Assembly (NCBI GenBank): GCA_965250005.1 | Contig: OZ252279.1 | Location: 1 to 32,000 of the forward strand | From: Demequinaceae bacterium | Lineage (GTDB): Bacteria; Actinomycetota; Actinomycetes; Actinomycetales; Demequinaceae | Reading direction: 5' to 3' | Length of the DNA stretch: 32,000 nt | Part shown: positions 26,256 through 32,000 of the stretch, piece after piece | How the letters are laid out: every line of letters starts with the position of its first letter | Numbering within the stretch: the stretch's first letter is position 1 | Made by a program: the position numbers and the translations under genes | Notes under the pieces: generated by a model | Told to the model about the DNA's origin: nothing | Seen by the model: only the letters and a program-made list of their open reading frames with translations | Database searches by the model: none

Positions 26256-27117
26256 TCTCTGCGAGCGGCTGGCCGCCGGCGCGGATGCACACCCACTTGA
26301 GTGCGGTCGGGCTTTCGGGGGTGCAGGCCCAGCTGCGGCGCACACCTTGGGGCACGCGGATCGCCGTGCCGGCGCGCACCGGGATCAGCTCGTCGTCCAG
26401 TGCCAGCACGCCCTCGCCGTCGAGGAACAAGTACAGCTCGTCCAGGACCGCGTGCGAGTGCCAGTAGTGGGCGCCCTCGCCGGGTTTGCGTGAGTTCACG
26501 GTCATCCCGATGAACTCTAGATCAATCTCGCGGTCCAGCACCTGGCGGCCCGGCGCGCTCGTCTTTTCCGACAGTCCGCCGTACGGCTCGAACCATTCCG
26601 CCATGGCCCCGGCCTCAACGACCTCGTAGCCGGCCGACGCGTCGGCGCTGGCGCTGGTCGCCTTGAGGGGCGGTTCACCGTCGGACCATGGCAGCGGGCG
26701 GTCGCGCTCCGGCCACGCGTCGCGCGCGATGTCCGCAAGTGCGGCGCCGCCGGCGCGAATGCAGATCCAGGTGAGCGGCGCGGGGCTGTCGTGCGTGCAA
26801 AACCAACTGCGCTGCGTTCCTTGCGCGACCTTGACGGCAGTGCCGGCACGCACGGGGACGATGTCGTCACCGAGCGCCATCACCCCCTCGCCGGACACAA
26901 AGAAGTACAACTCCTCAAGTTCGGTGTGGGCGTGCCAGAAGTTTGCGCCCGTGCCGGGGGCGCGCGAGTTGAAACTGAGCCCAAAGAACTCCGCATCGAT
27001 CTCGCGGTCCACGAACCGGCGTCCCGCGACGGGGTTGGTGGTGGCGGCTTGCGCGGCTTCAGTCTCGTCGATCCACTCGTGTGGGGCGCCAACGTCGATC
27101 CGGGTGTAGGAGGACAT
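26212..27117 (-). CDS. Bicupin (two tandem cupin domains) protein
   Basis: Internal duplication: ...NFWHAHTELEELYFFVSGEGVMALGDDIVPVRAGTAVKV...WICIRAGG and ...HYWHSHAVLDELYLFLDGEGVLALDDELIPVRAGTAIRV...WVCIRAGG. Confidence 0.85.
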   Translation of the reverse strand: MSSYTRIDVGAPHEWIDETEAAQAATTNPVAGRRFVDREIDAEFFGLSFNSRAPGTGANFWHAHTELEELYFFVSGEGVMALGDDIVPVRAGTAVKVAQGTQRSWFCTHDSPAPLTWICIRAGGAALADIARDAWPERDRPLPWSDGEPPLKATSASADASAGYEVVEAGAMAEWFEPYGGLSEKTSAPGRQVLDREIDLEFIGMTVNSRKPGEGAHYWHSHAVLDELYLFLDGEGVLALDDELIPVRAGTAIRVPQGVRRSWACTPESPTALKWVCIRAGGQPLAEIKDATMYPEIPLPW

Positions 27118-27548
27118 ACGGAGAATCTACTTGTTTGACGGGGTGCAGGCGGGTGGGTGCCTACTGCGTTCCGGTCGGGGGCAACAGCTTTTTGGCGCCG
27201 ACAGTGCCCCAACTAGTCGCTTGGGTCCGAACTCGAAGGCCTCGGCCGCGCCGCAGGCCAGCTTGGACGCGCCCGCCCGTTCATGGAGACGAAGCTGCCG
27301 CACTCGGCGGGGAGTAGGCGCGCGGCCGCGAGTGTCTCCTTCTCGCCGACGATCTCGCGCCAGAGGCGCAGCAACGGTTCGCTCGAACTGGTTGCTGAGC
27401 TCCGCGGCGTCGGCGATGTGCGGGACGGGGCGGTGGTCGGGCGAGTCGCTGATCCGAGCGATGTCCCCGGGGCGTGAGCGGGCGGCGCCGTCCACAGATT
27501 CGGACATTTCGGACGCCAATGTCAGGTGGTGATGATGGAATAGATGTC

Positions 27549-28508
27549 ATGACCTTCAGCACGCGCTCCCTTCGCACGGCCACCGCGGCCGTCCGCGCGC
27601 GCGAGGGCGCGGACCTTGCGGGGCTGGCGGCAACAGACCTGCTGGAGTTGTCAGATCACGTCGCGCAACTGCGACGCGATGCGGACGTACTCATGGCTCA
27701 AGTTGCGGCAGAGATTCACCGGCGCTCCGACTTGGTCAACGCGCGCACGGGTCGCGCGCGCCACGGGCGGGAGCCTTGCAGAGGCACGACGGTTGGTTGT
27801 GGCAGGCGGCTTGCTCGCGGGCGCGGTTGCCCCCGGTGGCTCTGCCGGCCACGGCGCTGTTGATGGACAGGGTGCTGTGAATGGACAAGGTGCTGTGGAT
27901 GGGCAGGGTGATGCGCTGGGTTCAAGCGCGACGGCCACGCCGATAGCAGGGTTTTGTGGCGAGTTGGCGAGGCTAGTGCGCGAGGGCCGCGTCGGCGTGG
28001 ATGTGGCGGCGCTGTTCTCCGCGGCGGTGTTGGGTCTGCCAGATGTGGAGCGCACGCGCGAGCTCTTTTCGAGGGCGCTTGCCAAGGCGCAGGGGCTGCC
28101 GCTGCATCACGTGCGTCGGCTCGTGTGGCGGGCGCAAGCGCTCGCAGACCCCCGCGCGTGGGAGGACCGCGAGCAAGAACAGCACGACGCTCGCTCGGAC
28201 ACACGTACCGCCTGTTCAGCTCGGCCCAGCGCCTCGCGCTCGTGGAACGCGACGGCGGGTGCTCGTGGTGCCACGCGCCGCCATCGTGGTGCGAGGCACA
28301 TCATATTCGCTGGTGGGAACGCGACGCGGGTCCAACGGACCTCGCCAACGGAGTGCTGTTGTGCACGCGATGTCACCATCGCGTCCATCGCGACGGCTGG
28401 GAAATCGAGGTGCGGGATCAAGTGGTGCACTTCATACCACCGCGCGCCGTCAGCACTGCGCGCACTCCCGTGATCGGCGGGCGTGAACGCTATGGCATCG
28501 CGGCGTAG
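27549..28508 (+). pseudogene. HNH endonuclease (DUF222 / 13E12-repeat type), degraded by frameshifts and an internal deletion
   Basis: The N-terminal DUF222-like part (LLELSDHVAQLRRDADVLMAQVAAEIHRRSD) is in frame 1. The middle (LARATGGSLAEARRLVVAGGLL...PLHHVRRLVWRAQALADP) is in frame 2. The HNH part (RLALVERDGGCSWCHAPPSWCEAHHIRWWERDAGPTDLANGVLLCTRCHHRVHRDGWEI) is in frame 3. Total length is only about 320 codons, against my recollection of several hundred residues for this family (not checked). Confidence 0.8.
27853..27906 (+). repeat. 18-bp tandem repeat x3 inside the HNH pseudogene (encodes GAVDGQ/GAVNGQ/GAVDGQ)
   Basis: ggcgctgttgatggacag / ggtgctgtgaatggacaa / ggtgctgtggatgggcag, read directly from the sequence. 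Confidence 0.85.
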
Positions 28509-28572
28509 GCCACGGCCGCGCCGCCGGGTCGTCAGGTTTTCTCTCTGCCGCCGCTCCTCCGCAGCAGATCCC

Positions 28573-29286
28573 CTAGCGCCTGTTCGCCAGGTACACGGTG
28601 TTGGTCGATTCGCCGCCCTGGAGCGGGTTGGGGAAGCCGACCACCTCGGCCGCGACGTCGTCGAACACGCCCGCGAGGATGTCCATATACGCCTGGTCCG
28701 GAGGGTCATTGGACCACAACGCGTAGACGCCGCCCTCGGCCAAGTGTGCGGCCAGCCGACGCGTGCTGGCCGGGCCGTAGAAGCCCTCGCTGCCACCGTC
28801 GAGCAGGTGCTGCGGCGAGTGGTCGATGTCGAGCACCACGGCGTCCCAGAGCCGATCCGGCCTATCCGGGTCGAACCCTGCGCCGTCCGACATCGCGAAG
28901 AAGTCGCCGTGCACCAAACGGCAGCGTGCGTCGGCCGTCAGCACCGGGCCCACGGGGACCAAGCCTCGTCGGTGCCAGTCGATCACGGGATCGAGAAAGT
29001 CAACCACCGCCAGCTCGCGCACCCGCGGGTCGGACAAAACGGCCTGCGCGGTGTAGCCCAACCCCAGGCCACCCACGGCAATGTCCAGCGAGTCGCCGGG
29101 CAGCCGCGCGAGTGCGAGCCGGGCCAGCTCCTCCTCCGCGTGGACGAACATGCTGGACATGAGCCACTCGTCGTTCAGCTTGACCTCGTAGACGTCTTGC
29201 TTGGTGACCGGGTCGAGTCGCCTGCGCAGGCTCACCTCGCCGATGGGGGTCTCCGCCCAGTCGAGTTCTTCGAACCGTGCACTCAA
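28573..29286 (-). CDS. Spermidine-synthase-like SAM-dependent transferase
   Basis: Spermine/spermidine synthase-like layout: DIAVGGLGLGYT (GxGxG), VVDFLDPVI, DAVVLDIDHSP. Confidence 0.7.
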   Translation of the reverse strand: MSARFEELDWAETPIGEVSLRRRLDPVTKQDVYEVKLNDEWLMSSMFVHAEEELARLALARLPGDSLDIAVGGLGLGYTAQAVLSDPRVRELAVVDFLDPVIDWHRRGLVPVGPVLTADARCRLVHGDFFAMSDGAGFDPDRPDRLWDAVVLDIDHSPQHLLDGGSEGFYGPASTRRLAAHLAEGGVYALWSNDPPDQAYMDILAGVFDDVAAEVVGFPNPLQGGESTNTVYLANRR

Positions 29287-29406
29287 GGGGGCGTCCCGTC
29301 TGTTGGGGCGGCGCGGTGTGCCGCTTGGGCAACCCTAGCTCGCGATGCGCGCGGCTCGGGCCCTCGCTGCCCTTGCGCTCCTGCAAGAGCGGATCGAAAC
29401 TGAGAC

Positions 29407-29730
29407 ATGGACGAGATCACGCCGGGCTGGTGGCTTTTCAGCATCGGGCCCTACGAACAGTGGGTCGACCTGGGCGGCGCGGACGTGTGGGCTGCAGAGT
29501 GGACGCCAACCGGCGAATACATCACGGTCGAGAACCCCGAGTATTCCGAGCAGCTCCACCAGTTCGAGATCTACGAGATCGAGCTGCATGACGGAACCCT
29601 GCGGTTCGCGGCCGCCGAGTTCCACTACGGCCTCTGGGGGTTCTATCTCGAGGGCCACGAGGATGGCGCGCCCGATGAATCCGATGAGATCGACGAAGGC
29701 GCCATAGATGCCGAGGACGACGAGCAGTGA
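29407..29730 (+). CDS. Hypothetical protein with acidic C-terminal tail
   Basis: ATG start, Trp/Tyr/Glu-rich globular part and a D/E tail. No family recognised. Confidence 0.55.
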   Translation: MDEITPGWWLFSIGPYEQWVDLGGADVWAAEWTPTGEYITVENPEYSEQLHQFEIYEIELHDGTLRFAAAEFHYGLWGFYLEGHEDGAPDESDEIDEGAIDAEDDEQ

Positions 29731-30207
29731 CTAGTGGCCGGCGCGGAACCCCAGTTGCCGCCATGCCTCATAGATCGCAATCGACGCGCTCGACGTAATG
29801 TTGAGCGAGCGTCGGCCGGGCAGCATCGGAATCGCCACCTGGTCCGCGACCCGCGCATGTGCCAGTACGACCTCGGGCAGACCTGTGGGCTCGGGCCCGA
29901 ATAGCAGGATGTCGTCCGCGCGATACTCGACGTCGCTGTAGACGGTGGTGGCGCTCGCGGTGAACGCGAACACGCGCGAGTCAGGGGCCGTCGCTAGCAG
30001 CGCATCAAGGTTGCCGTGCACAGTGACCGTCGCGAGGTCGTGATAGTCGAGCCCGGCGCGAATGAGCCGGGGTTCGTCCAGCTCAAACCCCAAGGGCTCG
30101 ATCAGGTGCAGTTGCGCGCCTGTGACAGCCGAGAGCCTGATCGCATTCCCCGTGTTCTGCGGGATGCGCGGCTCGTAGAAGGCGATCGAAGGAACGTCGG
30201 CGGGCAT
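29731..30207 (-). CDS. trmL: tRNA (cytidine/uridine-2'-O-)-methyltransferase TrmL (SpoU family)
   Basis: IAFYEPRIPQNTGNAIRL.A.TGA.LHLIEPLGF......L.RAGLDY...LLFG.E..GLP.......IPM.PG.RSLN...S..I..YEA.RQ.GF. Confidence 0.9.
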   Translation of the reverse strand: MPADVPSIAFYEPRIPQNTGNAIRLSAVTGAQLHLIEPLGFELDEPRLIRAGLDYHDLATVTVHGNLDALLATAPDSRVFAFTASATTVYSDVEYRADDILLFGPEPTGLPEVVLAHARVADQVAIPMLPGRRSLNITSSASIAIYEAWRQLGFRAGH

Positions 30208-30247
30208 GGCGCTAGTTTGCCACGGCGCCCGCCTGCCGCCGCGTCGC

Positions 30248-30289
30248 TTGACACCCGCGGCACGCGTGATAACTTGTTAGTTGGCTAAC
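30248..30289 (+). promoter_or_regulatory. Putative sigma-A-type promoter with overlapping palindromic operator upstream of marR
   Basis: TTGACA (30248-30253), 16-nt spacer, extended -10 TGaTAACTT (30267-30275). Inverted repeat GTTAG-ttgg-CTAAC (30276-30289) lies immediately downstream. Confidence 0.45.
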
Positions 30290-30333
30290 GAACGAAAGAA
30301 CGCGGACAGATCCGCGCCAGGCAGGAAGCAACA

Positions 30334-31023
30334 ATGAAGACCCAAGACAACACTGGGGCGCACGCCCCACAACCGGGCGAGGAGAACCTCGTCCGCGCCA
30401 TGGCAGGCACCGCTCACGCGATGCGCCGCTACCTTGAGACCACCCTCGGCGACGTACCCGGAGGCATGAGCGCCTGGGCCGTGCTCCGCACCGTTCACCG
30501 CTGCGGCCCGACTACACAGGCCGACCTCGCCCGCTGGATGGGCATCGCGGGCTCAACGCTCACACGCCGCCTCGACCAGATGGAAGATGACGAACTCATC
30601 GCTCGCGCCGACGACCCGGAGGACGGCCGCCGCATCATCGTGCGCCTGACGGACAAAGCCGAGCAGCTCATCGCCGCCCAGCACACGCGAATGCAGGCAG
30701 AGACCGACCGCCTCACCGCGGGAGCAGCCGCCCACGACCTCGACGCCGTCGCCCGCGTGATCGCGAAGATTCGCGAAAACCTTGTCGAACTCGGCGCCGA
30801 TCTGCACTCGCACGACGGCGGACGTGGTCGTGGCCGCGGGCGCGGCGGACTCGGCGGTGGCAGAGGGACAGGCGGCCGACGCGGGCGCGGCTCGCGCGGC
30901 CGAGGCTCCCTGGGCGCTGGCGACCACGGCGACCACAGCGCCCCCGGTGACCACAGCGAAAACTCGGATGATAACCACAACCACCGCCCCCACTGGCGCG
31001 GCCCACGAGAGGGTTCCGAATGA
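30334..31023 (+). CDS. MarR-family transcriptional regulator with Arg/Gly-rich and His/Asp-rich C-terminal extension
   Basis: AGGAAG RBS. MarR wHTH (TTQADLARWMGIAGSTLTRRLDQMEDDELIAR..DPEDGRRIIVRLTDKA). Tail GGRGRGRGRGGLGGGRGTGGRRGRGSRGRGS...DHGDHSAPGDHSENSDDNHNHRPH. Confidence 0.85.
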   Translation: MKTQDNTGAHAPQPGEENLVRAMAGTAHAMRRYLETTLGDVPGGMSAWAVLRTVHRCGPTTQADLARWMGIAGSTLTRRLDQMEDDELIARADDPEDGRRIIVRLTDKAEQLIAAQHTRMQAETDRLTAGAAAHDLDAVARVIAKIRENLVELGADLHSHDGGRGRGRGRGGLGGGRGTGGRRGRGSRGRGSLGAGDHGDHSAPGDHSENSDDNHNHRPHWRGPREGSE

Positions 31024-32000
31024 GCTTCCACGGCGGCGGCAGCCACCCACCACCCGCGAGCCGCCCGGCGCGCGGCAAGGACGAGGCAAGCAAGGGAGGC
31101 GGCCCGCGCTGGGGCGTGGATATCAAGGCGCAGCGGCGCGAGAACGCCGAGGCGCCCAACATCCCGCACCTGTGGCGACGCGTCGGCGCGCTGTTCCGCG
31201 ACTACCGCGGGCGACTGCTCGCCACCGCGATCCTCGTCGTGGCAAGCGCAGTCGTCGGCATCATCCCGCCGCTGCTCATCCAGCGCATCTTCGACGACGC
31301 CCTCTTCCCGGCAGACGCATTCGGCCCCAATCTGCGGCTGCTCTCATCGCTGGTCGCGCTCGCTATCGGGCTCTTCATTGCGTCGGCACTCCTGGGCGTG
31401 TGGCAAACCTTCCTCACGTCAAAGGTGGGCAACCGCGTCGCGGGCGACCTGCGCGAGAATCTGTTTGTGCGGCTCCAGGGTATGGACCTCGCGTTCTTCA
31501 CGCGCACCAAAACCGGCGTCATCCAGTCGCGGCTACAGAACGACGTGGGCGGCGTTTCGGGCGTGCTCACCAGCACGGTTACCAACATCGTCGGCAACTC
31601 CGTGACGGTGCTCGCGAGCCTCGCCGCGATGATCGTGCTCGACTGGCGCCTCACGGTGATTGCCGTAATCGTCATGCCCGCGCTAGTGGTGGTGCAGCGG
31701 CGCGTGGGCCAGGTGCGCGCGCGCATCGCCTCCGCAACTCAGGAGTCGCTCAGCGAACTCACCGCCATCACGCAGGAGACCCTGAGCGTCTCCGGAATCC
31801 TCCTGTCCAAGTCGTTCAACCGCCAGGGCCTCGAGACCGAGCGCTACGCCACCGAGAATCGCAACCAGATCAGCCTCCAGGTTCGCCAGGCCATGAGCGG
31901 CCAGTGGTTCTTCGCGATGGTCATGTCCATCATGTCGAGCGTTCCCGCGGTCATATACCTTGCCGCAGGATTCTTCATCTCGCGCGACCTCGACAACGCA
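31020..32000 (+). CDS. ABC transporter permease/ATP-binding protein (type I exporter), 5' partial; continues beyond the window
   Basis: ATG overlaps the marR stop (ATGA at 31020-31023). My own translation gives an ABC exporter TMD: LLATAILVVASAVVGIIPPLLIQRIFDDALFP...FLTSKVGNRVAGDLRENLFVRLQGMDLAFFTRTKTGVIQSRLQNDV...DWRLT. Open to the window end, so not in the ORF track. Confidence 0.85.
   Translation, partial: MSFHGGGSHPPPASRPARGKDEASKGGGPRWGVDIKAQRRENAEAPNIPHLWRRVGALFRDYRGRLLATAILVVASAVVGIIPPLLIQRIFDDALFPADAFGPNLRLLSSLVALAIGLFIASALLGVWQTFLTSKVGNRVAGDLRENLFVRLQGMDLAFFTRTKTGVIQSRLQNDVGGVSGVLTSTVTNIVGNSVTVLASLAAMIVLDWRLTVIAVIVMPALVVVQRRVGQVRARIASATQESLSELTAITQETLSVSGILLSKSFNRQGLETERYATENRNQISLQVRQAMSGQWFFAMVMSIMSSVPAVIYLAAGFFISRDLDNA

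Noticed and set aside
30495-31169. 224-aa minus-strand ORF overlapping marR and the ABC exporter start
   Set aside because: Antisense to two well-supported plus-strand genes. The translation is Pro/Arg/Ser low-complexity mirroring the RG-rich tail.

Overview
High-GC (Actinomycetota-like) chromosomal window. Coordinates and translations were read by eye, and no database searches were run.

The housekeeping backbone is recognisable: SSB-like protein, ettA, tesB, trHbO globin, MscS-family channel, malQ, pepN, trmL, and a MarR plus ABC exporter pair. It is interrupted by accessory and decayed DNA.

Two things stand out.

(1) An unrecognised family of four-TM membrane-protein modules occurs seven times in six genes between 4.6 and 15.6 kb.
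- Signature: WWxDH-xxA[RK]xGRxR...H, with a C-terminal GSF[AP].
- An AraC-family regulator lies divergent to the main cluster.
- A duplicated pepN 3' fragment marks a segmental duplication.
- One member is cleanly split by an intact IS3-family element with a 3-bp TSD.

(2) An accessory, defence-like island lies at about 18.6-23.9 kb.
- It starts at a defective IS3 element with no TSD, which truncates a TIR / pentapeptide-repeat gene.
- A class-II Fic gene follows, then an AT-richer spacer, small coupled ORFs, a DUF2283-like gene and a cupin pseudogene fragment.

The window also holds an unusually high number of disrupted genes (frameshifts, in-frame stops, internal deletions) and two intergenic heptanucleotide microsatellites. 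No rRNA, tRNA or CRISPR array was found.
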